64,000 nt of DNA from Psilocybe cubensis (GCA_017499595.2 CM039009.1:248001-312000), one strand, 5' to 3'. Counted from the stretch's first letter, positions 1 through 14,401 are shown. Notes: generated by a model not told the origin, from the sequence alone. Made by a program: numbers and translations.

Positions 1-975
1 ATGTCACGTAGTGTTTGACAGAGAAGAAAATTGAGAAAGAAACTTATGTAGACAACTTGGGGCGAAATATAAACATACTTTTGGCAGGGTGTCTCCAGAG
101 TCCAGGTAAAACGCCATATGCCCCGTCAAGAAACACGTTTTGAGCATATCTCTCAGATGAGATAAGAATACCAGTCTAGTCTACCGTGACACCTACTGTA
201 CACGGTATGTCTGTTTCTTTACTCTACTACCAACATCGTTGGTTACTTACCAGAGTTTTGGTCACAAATAGGGAGCCTCTAATTCATCAAATTCAATGAC
301 ATAATATGCCAGCTCTCAGGGCAGGATATTTTTGGGCGCTTGGGGTTGGTGGCGGCATGGTAACCCACTGCTGTAGTACGGACAGCGCTATTTTAAGAGA
401 ATCTTAAAATAACTGCGGCAACGGCTGACCGAGACAGATGTTTGAAAACTGAATGGTTTTCAGGGAGAAACAGAACAACAGTGAATGATTTGCTGAGATG
501 AAAAGGGTTGTTCATGCATAAAAAAGATTATCATCGTATCATGACTCAAGCAACTAGTCTACGGCTCTAAAAGCCGAACATATGGGAAGCTGCATGTTGA
601 CCGCTTCAGGGAAGAAGCGAGTATGAAGTGGTTGCTCCGGACATTGTGGGTCTGTTAGAGTCCTTGTAGGTAAGCGGACGTGAGATGGTTGGATGTGGAG
701 TAAGAAAAATAGCAACAAAAGGAGCATATCTTTCTAGAACTATAGTTTAAAAGCCAGTCACCAGGTCCAAAAGTCTCATTCGTTCTCCCTTTCGATTTTC
801 TCCCCTTCTCACATCTTCCTGGCTGTTGACAAAGACAGTCGCCTAGTGCGCCAAGGTCTACCACTCTCCGACACTGGTGTCGCCTTCTATATTCTGCTGC
901 GTCTGAATACTTCGATAGTCCCCATTACACCATCGTTTCTCTCTAGTTTTTTTACTTTTGCCGTTAACGTTGATC

Positions 976-2318
976 ATGTTCTCCAAAACAAGCCTTCTTT
1001 CTTTCTTGACACTTGTCATCTCGGTTTCAGCTGCAGCAACCAAGCAACAGGCTGCCCAAAAGGCCTCGACCAGTAAAGCTGCTGCCTCCACTGCTGCTGC
1101 TGCTGCTTCCGGAAAGGGTGGCGATGCTCAAAGCTCATTGAGTATGTTATCTATTCCGAACAGTGTACTTGTCATTTAACTCTATATATCACACTCTCTA
1201 GCGCTTGATCCAAAAGTCATTGCCTCGGGGTTTGCAAATAACGGTCAAGATGTCCCACAAGCCGGACAAGTGGCATCTTTGACATCAACAAATAACTTCA
1301 TAAACTTTTGTTTGACCGTTCCTAACCTACCTATTACCAACGGCCTGCAAATTACCACTGGATCATGCAATCCCGCCCCGATGGGTGTCATCCCTTCCAC
1401 GGACAATATGCCCTCTTCCAAGTTTATCAACCCCCCTAACTTTGGAACAATTCAGGCTGGTCAAACGTTCAACATCGAGATGAACATCAAGGGAATGCAG
1501 ACAGGGTTCTTTGTCAATGCAAACGAAAACTACTTCGCGGCTCCTCAGCAGCTGAACGCTCAGGGACAGATCCAGGGACACTCTCACGTCGTCGTCGAGC
1601 AGCTTGATTCTTTGACCCAGACGACTCCGTTAGACGCTAAGAACCATGTTTTCTTCAAGGGTCTCAATGACGCTGCATCAAATGGGGTCCTCTCCGCAAC
1701 TGTCGAAGGTGGACTGCCGGCTGGCGTGTACAGACTAGCATCCATCAATACAGCAGCCAACCACCAGCCTGCTCTTGTTCCGATTGCCCAGCACGGATCT
1801 TTAGATGACTGGGTCTATGTAAGTTATCATGGTTGCTGTTCAAAGAAAAGTCGCTCAAATCTATCATGCCCTAATAGTTCACTGTTACCGATGATGGCAA
1901 GCCAGCGTCTAGTGCAGGTGCCAGTGCTTCCAGTGCTTCCAGTGCAGTGGCAGCTTCCTCGTCCGCTGCTGCTGCTACAAGCGCCGCAGCCTCCAAGGCT
2001 AGTGCCACTGCCGCTGTTGGAAGTGCCGGTGCCAAGAAGATCGCTTCTCGTCCTTCCAAGGCTGCACCCACCGCAGCGGCTGCTTCCTCTGGTAAGCAGT
2101 CTTCGAAGTCCAGCTCTTCCTCGAAAGGTGCCGCATCTGGTAAAAATGCCTCCGCTGCGTCGTCGGCGAAGAACTCTGCCAGTGGAAAACAGGGCCAGGC
2201 TGCCGCACAGCAGAAGGCAGGTGCACAGACATCGAAGAGTGGTACTGCTTCCAAAACATCCGCCCAGAAGGGACAAGGTCGATCACGACGGGAAGTTAAC
2301 CGCTTGACCCAGTTTTGA
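976..2318 (+). CDS. Secreted protein of a conserved uncharacterised fungal family (NNFINFC / GSCNPxPMG / GHxH / NHQP motifs) with an Ala/Ser/Lys-rich tail; 3 exons
   Basis: Signal peptide MFSKTSLLSFLTLVISVSA. GT-AG introns at 1142-1201 and 1819-1877 join ORFs 958, 1270 and 1947. Confidence 0.85.
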
Positions 2319-3134
2319 GTTTCGTTACCGGGCATTTCGAAGGATGGTGCTGACTATCCTTATTTATTCGCTTTCTTATATGACGCAGTATGATGATATA
2401 TACCAAAATGCTTTTGTCATTGGATGAAATTAGCATGGTGTAGAAGGGCAGGCTTTTATAAAATTCAAATAGTTATTCAATCCTAATATAATTAAGCGCA
2501 TTGTAAAAATGCCGTTTCGCTACAAAGTTTGCGTGCCTCGCCAAGCGCTCGCTGTTCGAACTTCGGCCGGCGCTAAATCTTACGGAAAATTCCGTTGATG
2601 AGTGTATCAAAATTATCTCTTGATTGACCTGCATTTTAGTTTCCATAATGTACACGGAACATTCATTCGACACGACTTTAATACATCTGTCAATTACGGA
2701 TATTTAGCACATCTGGCGCCTATTATTATTTTAATTTTAAAGACGGGTTAGATTACATGCATGAGGCTCAGTGTTTCACCCTCCGCGCACACACCCAAAT
2801 TCCTGATAAATCCCCTTGATACTAATATCCAGTTATTTAAAATAACAATGACCTATAGGCTACTCTACTACTGCTTCAATGCTTGTTGGTTGTTGTGGGT
2901 CCTAAAACATTGATCATCGGCAAGAGACGGCATATTACAACCGGAGATTAAAATCCTGCCCTTTGTTATGACATATTTATTTCAAAGGATTTCAACATTT
3001 CTTGTTCTTTCAACTTCCCTCCCTCCGTTGTCGAACCTTCTTCTTACGCACCACCTTCTACAACTTCTTCCTGTCCCCTCTGTTTGAAACACGTATACTG
3101 TCCACATATTTGCCTCAAAGAAAACAATCTAACG

Positions 3135-4963
3135 ATGAGCGGACACGAAAGGACGGTGATGCACCGAGTTCTAAATATCCCGGAACTTCTGGACATGGTT
3201 TTTAGTTTCCTGGAGCCACCATCAAACGCTGTGAATGCTCGAGTATGCAGGAGGTGGTCGGAAATAGCTTTAGATGCTCTTTGGAAGGATGTTAGAGATT
3301 TGGAATTGCTATTTGGGCTTTTGGCTCCACTGCGGATCTCGGGGGGAAAGGATGGATACTTGGTCAGTGGCCTTCGTCTCGTACTTTCATTATTCCATGC
3401 TACCCTTTTTGCCACCGTGTCCTAAAATTCTCATATGCGTGGTACTAGGAATTCGAACGAATGCCTGATTCATCGGATTGGAAACGCTTTGACAGGTACA
3501 CTAAACGTGTAAGGCGAGTGGAATACGATGCCCTTGGCTGCAAAATTCCCCTACATAAAAGCGTCTTTGACGACGTTGCGCGTACACGTACCCGTCTCGA
3601 CATTTTACCCAACATGCATACCCTGCACTGGAAAGCATCCCTGGAACTTGCTGTCATGTTTATGCACAAAGCGATCAAGAACTTTGCCGTCTACCTCCCT
3701 GAACTTAATGAAATTTCGCCACGTCCGTTCTTCGAGGATGTTTCAACCCGAATGCCCAATTTGACTTCCCTTGATATCCGCACCAATATTCCTGTGCAAA
3801 GGATTGAAAATGAAATGGTCAACCTCTTTCAGCAATTACCCAAGATTCAGAAAGTCACTTTCCCTCGGTACTACTTCACCACGCGTATTGCAGAGGTTTT
3901 ATCGAAACTCGAAAATCTTGGGGTCGTAGAATTTCAGTATTTGGATTACCAAGGCTCTGGTGATGTTCAGGATGTAATCCCTTTTGTCCCGTCGTTCACG
4001 GAAGGCGCCTTCCCAGCATTATGGGATCATTCCATGGCCGTGTCATTCGATGATGCAGCCCGTTTCCTTGATATCCCCTTCTCGCCTACAAATCTCACCA
4101 TGCTCTACCTAGACTCCTACATGATCGAATCACCCTTTGCAATTCGGAAATTGCTTAACGTCATTTCTGAGAATTGTCAGCTATTGACATTCCTTGCCCT
4201 CGTGTCGCTACGCGACGCAGGATCTCCTTCGCTCCCTGAACCACAAAGTGACACAAGTCACCCTGACCACGCAATCACCGTTAATACTTTGAAGCCGTTA
4301 TTCAAGCTGCCGAACCTGACCTCGCTCGAGCTGGTGCATCAATTCCCACTGGCGCTTAACAGCGAGGATATCAGGCTTTTTGCCGTTTCGTGGCCATCTA
4401 TCCGAAGCCTTATGCTCAACACTGAACCCGCCCACCTTACGAAATCTAATCTCACCCTCCATGACTTACTACCTTTTGCTCAACATTGCACCAAATTGCG
4501 ACATCTGGGACTGTTTATTGACTCCCGTCTACCGACCAGTGAACAGCCGTCGACGCCATCAAGCTCCTCAACTTCTTCAGCTGTTCCCAATTCAACGCCT
4601 GCTGTCCAGTTCAAGTCTCTCGAGCGCTTATCCATGGGGGTGAGTCTCATCGACGACGAAAACGCTGTCACACTTTTCCTTTCCCAAATACTGCCTTTGA
4701 ATTGCCAAATCGATTCTGGCATAACGTGGGATGAGACCCTCCCCGTCCATCCGGGCATCTCTTCTGTTGTACAAGATCGTTGCATGCTATGGTTAAAGGT
4801 CTCGGAGCTTCTTCCCGTGTTGACCAAGCTACGAGCAGAGGAGAGGGCGCGGACGCGAGCTATGGAAATGGAGCTTGAGGATCTGAGGATGCGGACGAAA
4901 GTTTTGAATGACAGCGCCTCAATAGGGGTCAGGTTGGATATTTCGAGTTGTGTCATGATTTGA
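3135..4963 (+). CDS. F-box / RNI-like (LRR) protein
   Basis: F-box-like N-terminus HRVLNIPELLDMVFSFL...ARVCRRWSEIALDALW; intron ~3363-3449; 500-aa second exon with LxxLxL repeats. Confidence 0.9.
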
Positions 4964-5315
4964 AGTCTGATGTATGAGGTTTTTGGCTTTACAGACCTAA
5001 TTAAATTCTTTTTGCAATGAATGATATGCTGAATAGCTTACTCTTTTACGCCTCAAGTGTTGACGGCGCGACTCGAACACTCGACTTCAATGGTGACAAT
5101 TCGACGCGTCCAGGCACGTGAGATTATCGGAAAATTGCGGTTGTTAGCGCTTCGTCATCAATGCCTATTTTCAACTCACACCTCCAACCTCTCACCTAAT
5201 TTAAGAACCATTGGGCATATGTTTCTACCCCATCGCTTCCTTGGAATTGCACAAAAATTGCCGCATCGATGGATATCCGTTTATTCTGCGCGATTATCTA
5301 CTCCTGTAACAACAA

Positions 5316-6960
5316 ATGCCAAATGCCCTACGAATGGAATTCTTGGAATATTCCAGCGACGCGGCGTTGCTTGTTTCTCGGGAAATTCGCATCTGCCTAG
5401 GACGGTGCTTATACTTCTATATCTGTGCATGTTTCTCTGACAAGCAGCTCTATAAAACACTTATCATGCGTCTATTCTGGGGGTGGCATCTCGTTCTGGG
5501 GCTCTTCTTTCTTGTATCTGGTACTCATTCTTTTCTGACCGGCGACTATCTGGCGAACACATGTGCACGGACGCATTCAAAAGTAACATATCAAAGTCCA
5601 GCATTGTTTATGATTCCAAATTTCCGCCAAAAATCCCAAGAGTAGCGCGGACTGTCATACTGATATTCCGCTGCTGCCCAATTCATATCCACATACCTTG
5701 ACGTCCTGCCACCTAATGACTTTCGCTTAGTCACTGTAAAGGTGGACGACCTTCTGTTTTACAGCGGATTCAGTACGGGAGTCCAATGGACCGCCGGCCC
5801 GCGTCTTAATCCTGGATGTTTTGTCATTTTCTCCAGGTCGTTCCTACCCCGCCTCCGATTGCATTTTCAGGTTTATTGATTACATCCGAAACCTGGGGTT
5901 CAGCATTTTTCCTTATCTCCATTCCGTGAGCCTTTTGGAACACCTGAACTGGCGCTAAAGATGGCGGTATACATCGACTTTCTCACCGGGGGTGTTATAT
6001 CTTCCTTAGGGAAAATTTGTCTTTCTTGTGTTCTTAATCGTCTATCTTACTGCACCCATGGGATTTTCACGCCCCTACCATGTGGATCTCGCTCACAAGC
6101 GGGCCTGAAAGAAGACCCATTGTTTGCAATTATTGATACGATATTACCTGAATAAAGATGGTCTGACGTTCGCTATCTTGGTGAGGTCCTCCTTAATGGA
6201 TACTAAATCCGTCATTTGGGAACGCTGCCCGCAAAACCGTTTTACAGACGATGCATGCAATCAGACACATTTCCATCTTCATATTCTTCCTTTCTCATCG
6301 TTCTCTAGGAAAGGAGGCTTCACATGAAATCGAATGTGATGCTATACTTACATAGATTGAAACGAATGTTATACCTAACTCCAAGTTGATTGATCAATAT
6401 CCGGTCACTTACAGCACTACCGTTGGTTTCAAATAGACTCTGGGGTTCTAAGTACATATCTGACCAAATTTGTACATCTGGTTGCGATGTTGAGGTTCAG
6501 GACTTATGGGGACAGAATCCCTTCATGAAATCAATTTGGTTTCAGCTGTTCCTGCTCACATAGTACAGTGCGTCTGCTATAGGCGCTTGGTATGCGGATC
6601 CTCTCGGGTCCGCGCTGCATCCCAAATGCAAAGTCTCACAGTTGCCTAATCATACGATGTCCATGCTTGAACAGTATTGCGATTGTTTTGACTGCGTTTG
6701 TCGACTAAGATGCCAGCTTCGTTTACGTTTTCATGGATCCGACATTCATTCTACAAGTTATTTGCAGCGGCATCATTCGTATTGTGATACACATAATAAT
6801 GCCCATGACCTGCCGTTTACTGAGCATATGGACATTTCTATTCTCAGCAGGTATATATAGATCAACAAGTTCGACGAATTCGGACCTCTGCAAAACATCT
6901 TCCTCTGTGCTCTTCTCTTCTTTGGCCAATGCCACCGGCGACGACAAGCCAAATTGTACA
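5316..6960 (+). pseudogene. Possible decayed multi-pass membrane protein gene (DUF6533-like Agaricomycete family)
   Basis: Scattered hydrophobic fragments (YSSDAALLVSREIRICL; YLNKDGLTFAILV; MTCRLL) in the expected order, but no intact gene model. Confidence 0.25.
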
Positions 6961-7323
6961 TGAATCTATGCTCTTGGTGCGCAAAACAACCTCGGAAAAA
7001 CACAGAGTCAAGCAACTTGAGAGTTCATCCACTCAAACCCACCCCGGGCCGCGACGGAAAGCCGACCGATGAGGGAGAACGTTTTGCTGCCCCATCCGAC
7101 TTCTACATATCCGTGTCCAAAACCTGATCCACACGCCTCACATGCCCCACTAACTCTATTAAGGTGTGAGAAAAATGTGAACTATTCCGTAACCTTTATC
7201 CTTCAGAAGCTCCGTAGATTGTATAAGTACATAGGACTCCAATGACCTGTCTACCCCTTGGTTCGAACTTCGTTCATCCAACCCCTTCGCGTGCTTGTAC
7301 TGAGCGCTGGTACTGCATCCATC

Positions 7324-9785
7324 ATGAAAGGAAAGGCCACGGAACAGATTTTCAAGAACATTAGGGTCTATTGTGAGTGCACCAGTCTTTACTCAGTCAT
7401 CGGGGCGCTCGTAAAACGCGTTGCAAAACAGGGCTGGCGTTCATAGTGTATTGGGGAATTGTCCTGTTTGGATACGACACGTAAGTTACTCAATTTATCC
7501 GCACCTGCATCCAATCCAGTAATTGACATTCCATTGCTATAGGGGAATTGGGTATTGTAGCCGCTGTCCTGATCTCTTACCCATCCGCTGACGTTTCCGC
7601 CCTTAATTACTTCAGAGGTGGCGTAGTTAGCGCGCCATTTTTCCAGCAGCATTTTGGATTGATACATCCCGATGGCACGAAGAATACTGGCAGAGTTAAC
7701 GCAGTCTCGTCCAACGTCGTGTCTGTTCTCCAGGCAGGCGCGTTCTTCGGGGCGCTGGGCAGTGCACCAATATCGTGTATGTCAAGCTTAAATCTATTCC
7801 AAGCAAACTCCGGCACATGACTCACTGACATACTTCTTTTCAGCGAAAATAGGACGACGTATGACATTATTCGGCTTTAGTATCATTTTTTGCGTCGGTG
7901 CAGTGCGTAAATGAACCTTTAATAATTGTGTACATCGTAACTTACGCCACAGTCATCTTAGATACTCACAACAGTTGCACATAATCTGGGGGAGATTTAT
8001 GCTGGCAGAGTCATTTCTGGCGTTGGTGTTGGGGCTATCTCAGCCGTTGCTCCAGCATACGTATCTGAATGCTCACCTAAAGATGTGCGAGGAAGAATCA
8101 CGGGTCTATTCCAGATAATGGTGCGCCGCTTTGTTGCCTATGTAGCTTTGAGGATGTGTTGTTAACTAGTCACTGAACATCACATAGGTTGCGTTTGGCG
8201 TCATGATTTCTTACTTTGTGAACTGTGAGTATCGCGTGATCAGTCAGTTGCCTTTGATCTTAAGTTTTATATGATATTGTCCAAAGTTGGAGTTGGGATA
8301 CACGAAGCCAACAGTCCAAACGTATGGAAAATTCCTTTTGGATTCCAACTTGTCCCAGCAGGAATCATGGTTTTGGGACTTTTATCAGTCAAGGTTTGTC
8401 GTTTTTGATGCTACAACTCAAGACCTCACCACATTCCCTGCAGGAATCGCCCCGTTATCTCGCATCTGTTGGAAGAAATGAGGAAGCGCTTCAGAATTTA
8501 GCCTATCTACGACGAGACCGGACGGACTCGATAGATGTACTCCACGAAATGGCAGAAATTGAAGCTGCCATTTTTGAAGAGAAAGAATCCAGAAAGGGTT
8601 TAGGACTGAAGGAAGCTTTCTTCGGAAAGGGGAACTTCGTTCGGTTTGTTATCGCCTTCTTTATCTTCTTCCTCCAGCAATGGGCAGGACAAAACACCGT
8701 CAAGTGGGTCGGATCGTCCTATTGTTTTCATCAGATCAACTCAATACCGTTCATAGTTATTATGCCCCTCAGATCTTCGCCTCCGTAAGCTGATTGTTCT
8801 TACCACAAAAAATGCTATCTTAACGATTTTCAGATTGGATTTACTGCGCGAAAAAACTCTTTGCTTGCCAGCGGTATATATGGTATGTTCCTTGCTACAG
8901 ACATTTTTGGAACTTTGCCTTAAGCAATTGACTAGGTGTCGTCAAGCTGGTCGCAACCTCGCTCTTCATATTTTTCGGCGTCGAAACCTTGGGACGTAGA
9001 ATCTCGTTATTCATCTCCGCCATGGGAATGGGCACCCTGTTCTTCATCATTGGTGCTATTTTAAAAACTCACCCACCTCCGGCAAGCGATGCGAATACTG
9101 TAGTATCCGATCCACCACCGGCTTCGAAGGCCATGGCTGCTATGCTTTATATATACGTCTGTTTCTACTCCATGGGATGGGGTGCGTCGGAACTTTGAAA
9201 TTCTCAGTCAATCAGTTTCTGATAAAGGAATCACTCCCTTGTTTTAGGCCCATTGCCATGGGTATATGTATCTGATATCTTCCCGACCAGAACGCGGCAT
9301 TTTGGTCTGGCTCTTGCCAGTGCCTCACAATGGCTATGGAGTGCGTTCAAATCTGCTTAAATTATACTTTGGCTGATCCTGGCATCATGACAGATTTCGT
9401 CGTTTCAAAAGTTAGCCCTACCCTGAACACGAACCTAGGATATAAGATGTTCCTGATGTTCGCGACGATTAACGTGGGAGGAATGGCTGTGTTTTCGCTG
9501 TAAGTTGGCAGATCATCTGGTGTACATTTTTCACTCAGCACCCTGATGAACTCCAAAAATAGACTCATACCAGAGACCAAAGGGCGAAGTTTAGAAGAGA
9601 TGGACGTTATATTCGGTGCAATCTCATCTGAACAGAGGCAAATTGATATTTCCAATAGGGAAAGAGGTCAGTCTGATATCTTCTGAAGCGTGCCTTCCTG
9701 TTGCATGTATCTAACGTATCTCAAATTTACTACAGAATTCAACCGCATCTCCTCCCACCCTTCGTCTTCTAATGATAAAGTCTGA
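7324..9785 (+). CDS. MFS sugar porter, quinate permease-like; many introns
   Basis: LFGYDTGIGGG, VSVLQAGAFFGAL, ESPRYL, FFLQQWAGQN, GRR, YSMGWGPLPW and PETKGRSLEEMD motifs across exons. Confidence 0.92.
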
Positions 9786-10182
9786 TAATCATTCCTACCT
9801 TGTGCTTGCTGCATTGATATATTTAATGTCCATGACGATGTATCTTCAATTTTTAATATGTTGGATTTACTAAACCAGGAGACCATCAGCAACAAAATCT
9901 TCACGACAGATGAGTGATTGACCTTCAGTTCCGGGTTGATGAAATTAGAACGCTTGACCGCTCATACAATCAGCAATGTGCCTTTCGAGCAGTAAAATAT
10001 TTGCAAACATATCGCAAATGAGATCCTATATAAATTCCAGTGGGTGCAACTGATGTCGGTAGGATTCTCTTCCCTCACTTCGTTCTTTGCTGTTTCTTGG
10101 ACCAGGCGTCCCCGTCTTCTTTCATTTCCATTTTCCTCTTCGAATTTTTTGCTTGTTAGCCTCACTTTTAGCTTTCATTGTC

Positions 10183-11047
10183 ATGTTTTCCCTCCGCATT
10201 TTGTCCATCCTAGCTTTGGCTTCGGCTTGCTGTGTATATTCGGCCCCCATCGAGCAATTGAACCGACGGATAGACCAGATCATTTCAGATTCAACTAAAC
10301 CATGGCAAGACGCATGCGTGAGTTAAAGTCCTACCTGATCAATATTTGTGCTAGCATCGCTGACATATCTATAGGTTAAGGCTGGTGGAACACAGGACAA
10401 ATGTAGTAATGTTGCGGTAACCGCATTCACAAGCCTCCTCGAAGCGGGGGGTGCCTGCGACCAACAAAATTCGGCTGACGCCATGATCGACCTCGCTAAA
10501 CAGCTGGGTAGTGATCCTGATATGATTCGATTGGCACAGATTTTTGTGCAACAGCCTCGCAATTCGGTAAGTCGTTGGAACTCCCACTTCGGTCTCAATT
10601 GTGTTTTGACCCACCACGTCGTTCTCGTAACTTAGCCTGATAAGTTACAAGTCCCATACTGTCAGGTTGCTCCAAGAAATGAGGAGCTCAATGGACTCTT
10701 CCACTGCCAGTTTTCTGGATCTGATTTTACGAAATTTAGCGGTGATCAAACTGGTAACGTGCCACTCGGGCTCACTTCTTTGAGTCCTGCTGGATCTTGT
10801 CCGGCAAACCCTCAAGGTCCTGTTCCCGATGGCGTACAGCTCAACACTCTGGTTCAAGAACCTGTCGCCAATACGTGAGAGTTCTTTCCTGAAAAGAGGA
10901 ATCAGGTACTAATGCGAATTCAGTGGGAAAGCAGGGACAACCACAGGCGCAAATAACATACAGGCGACTCAAATCCAGTCGGCAGCAGTCGTGCAAAGCA
11001 CAGGCACCACAGGCACTGGAGTGATCCAATGCAACGCAAATGCTTGA
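10183..11047 (+). CDS. Small secreted Cys-containing protein of a conserved uncharacterised basidiomycete family; 4 exons
   Basis: Signal peptide MFSLRILSILALASA. Exons read GACDQQNSADAMIDLAK...QQPRNS|PDKLQVPYCQVAPRNEELNGLFHCQF. Thr/Gly tail ends at TGA 11045-11047. Confidence 0.8.
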
Positions 11048-12129
11048 CAAATAACTGTAAACGAATGGAACGAAAATGATAAGAAGATTGAAAAGGAAAA
11101 TTTCCAGAGATGGACAGTGAATAACAAACAGTGTCACAATGGCAAAGAAATTGAATAAATATAGCGTTCTATACGATACTTGTCAATGCTTTTCTATGAG
11201 AAATGGGTTGAAAGCCCCAGGCGGTCAGTATTCTCTGAGATTCAAGAGCGTTCTGGTGTAGGGTTGAATTGGTGGATATTTCTTGGTACAATTTATCTAA
11301 GGCCTGAGACAAGCTAGTTATCATGCCGCCTCAACGGTCACACCCGCAGTCTCCGCAAATTCTCCAGCGTTATCCCTAATCTTGAAAACAACCGAAGTAC
11401 CTTGTATAATATGAATATCAGCAAAATGTTACCATATGGATTGTTAAAGACAGTATGCGTAGACGCACCGGGTGCGACGTTCGTAAGCCATTCGGCGTTT
11501 CGCGCACTGTGTTCTCCTAAGTTGGCAATCAGCCCCCCTCCAAGTTCATCTACTCTATTAAATCAAGGGATTAGTTGATTTCAATTGCATGACAATTCCA
11601 AACTTACTCCTATAAACAAAAATGAACCGAAGGAATATTGGTAAGAATCAAGTTATTTAAATTTTTACTCACCACAGCGAAAGGGCCTGTCAAAAAATCT
11701 TCAGGAAAGGTTTCCAAAGCCAAATCAATACATATACTTACCGACACCTCCACTCCACTGAATCACAGTGAGATGATTGGCTACCACATTGATACTGTAA
11801 AGTATATTTAATAGGCTGAAATGCATCGAAGGAACTCGAGGGTTACGGAGTGGCGACTAAAAGTTCAGCAAATGCATTTGGGAAGCATAACACCGCAGCC
11901 ACAGCAACAGAAGAGGTGATAAACTTCATTGAAAGGTTGTGTAGGTTTCAAGTCAGAGTCAAGAAAAAATGCAATTAGAATATGATACTTATGTTGTACA
12001 TTGGCTGGCATCCATTAAAAGTTCTATTGCAATGTGAACTTGATATGAGTATAAAAACACCGTGAGCGGCTTCGTAATCCCTTGAACTTTGGAATCTTCA
12101 CATGTCAGAAATTTCAATGAGGAATCTAG

Positions 12130-12840
12130 GTCTTAACCTTTCCCTATGGGTGTTCTCTTCTTCCACAACCTTTGGTCATTCTCCGACGGCGTCGTTCAAT
12201 CCCTACATCCCATACCTCCCATTTATCTGTAATATGTCCCGAAGGTAGCTAAAATAATAACCGTTCTAGTCAACATTATTGTAAAATACATTCTAGTAGT
12301 CTTTTGAACGGTCTCAGATCTGTACATTTTTGCATCATTGGAAGACGTACAAAACACTGTGACTAATCGACAAAGCAAGTTTAGATAATGAATATTATTT
12401 CAAAGTCAATCATAAGTCCGCGCTGCTGAGATTCAACTGAGTTTATAAAATATGGGTCACTCCGTGATTCACTGATGCCGAAATATTCCGACCTTATTTA
12501 TCTGGATCTGAACTTGGTCGACTGGAAGTTTTTTAAACACTGTCATCACCATAGAATGCGTGGATTTTATGGTTTTATTATAGTACCACATCTCATATAC
12601 GCGTGAGGTATTCGATATACGGAGCAAATTCTAAAAATACTAGCCGAACAGGATTTCAAATCGACCAGAGTCCTCTTAGATTAACTGAATCCACACAAGG
12701 CTACGCAGTTTGTCAGGAGCCGGAAAGTGTTTCAAAACCTTCCAAGAGTGAATAGGAGAACCGAAGTCAGGTCCAAAATGTAGTAGTCATTCGTATTTTG
12801 TCCATAGTTTCCGCGAAATAACGAAGTCTCTTCCATGTCA
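12130..12840 (-). pseudogene. Degenerate F-box/LRR-type gene remnant
   Basis: Minus-strand fragments WKRLRYFAETMDKIR and HFPAPDKLRSLVW resemble the F-box family at 3135; multiple stops. Confidence 0.3.
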
Positions 12841-12981
12841 GACATACTGTATATTGTTGACTTTTGCGTTTATTAAATATTATCTGCGTAGTACTACTGC
12901 TTCCTTCGGCTATTTAAAGCAAAACATATTTGTCTCACGCTTAATCCAATGGGTGCGGCGGTGACCTAAATTTTGCAGAGG

Positions 12982-13287
12982 ACTTTCATTCAGATCAGCA
13001 TGACCGCAAGATTCACACACCGCTGGCGCTCATATATATTTTCAAAGAAAATAAGACCCAGTAATTATGTTTCCTACATTTTTTTGACGTATTTTATTGG
13101 AATATAGGCTTCGGGCTTCCCTAATTGGGTAACCCCGGACTCTATATACGAGAAAAATACGTCAAAAACCAACAGGAAACATAATTACCAATACATATTT
13201 TTCTATCAAATATGTATCAGCGCCAGCAGTGACATACTCTTAACCTAAGCTTGCACGCACCGCTCCTAGTATGATGTCAATGAAAGT
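12982..13287. repeat. Long imperfect palindrome (foldback or MITE remnant)
   Basis: Paired arms GTAATTATGTTTCCT (13061) / AGGAAACATAATTAC (13174), TTTTTGACGTATTTT (13081) / AAAATACGTCAAAAA (13154) and GCTGGCGCT (13022) / AGCGCCAGC (13219), all centred at ~13124. Confidence 0.8.
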
Positions 13288-14401
13288 TTATTCATAGATT
13301 GACAGGCTGCGGCGCTTCACGAAATCGCCGTGTGGACTTTGGCTGCGTCTGGATAACTTATTACTGGAGCGATGGCCGCCGAGGGTGAGTCCTTTCGATC
13401 CTTCTCTTTGGCCATTGTTTAAACTATGATACCGAACTATGTGAATGGATTAACTCAAATAATAGCTGTCTGGTGCTTGACTGCTTTTAAAAATATGACG
13501 AACAACAGCATGTCTGGTGCTTCGGAGTTCAGTGCTTCAGAGTTCAGTTGTATGTCAGGAAGTTCCGGGGAAGCTACCCCAGAGCTACCCCAATTTTTGC
13601 AAGAAGTTGGTGCTTCAATGTGCAGAACGAAATAAGCCTTCCTCAAAACCCTCCAAGTTAAACATTATTTGGAGCCTTTGGGAAATAGTAATATGGTTGA
13701 AAATTTTGAGCGTTTAATAGGCAAATCGTGGTGAGCAGAGAATTTTTCCTGAAGAGTAATTGTTGATTCTATGACAATACTCAATGCTTAGTGACCGCAG
13801 TTATGGAGATCAAATGCGTACGATGGTTATGAAAATCCGGAGAACTTGGTGTTAGAATAGCTTCCCTGTGGAGCCTATTGGATTACTCATAGGTCCGATA
13901 ATCGAGAAAATATAATCTAGCTTAGAACCTGTGATTAATGTGCCATTCTTGAATAAAAGTACTACGCAATAACTGAATAGTGGAAACTTGACAGAGGTCA
14001 ATCCAGTTCGGCCCCTGAGCAACGTGTTCTTTAAGGGCACGTGATAACTGAGCGCGTTCTAACGACGCGTCGAAGGAATAGGGGCTATGCATTATCTTCG
14101 TTAACCGTAATGAGATATTGTGGTCTAAATCCTTAGACTTCTGTGACTAACATTTTTCTGACACTCTGTTGTAGTTTAAAGTGGAACACTATCTGATTAA
14201 CCTATTATCTGGGATTGCGACCGCTTGGTCGCTGCCGATTGGACCAGCTAATATTTTTTATAATGCCCAAAGAAAAATGCACGACACTAAGAAAGCTAAT
14301 AGCTGCTCCTAAAACATCGTTTTCGACATAATTAAATTATATGGATACTTTTTATCTTGCGATCACGTTTTGAATTTCGTCAGGCGCCACATGCAGGCCT
14401 C

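Noticed and set aside
1827-2335. Antisense and alternative-frame ORFs over low-complexity genes (also 19975-20361, 22025-24919, 62113-63551)
   Set aside because: Shadow ORFs of the real CDSs with no independent motifs.
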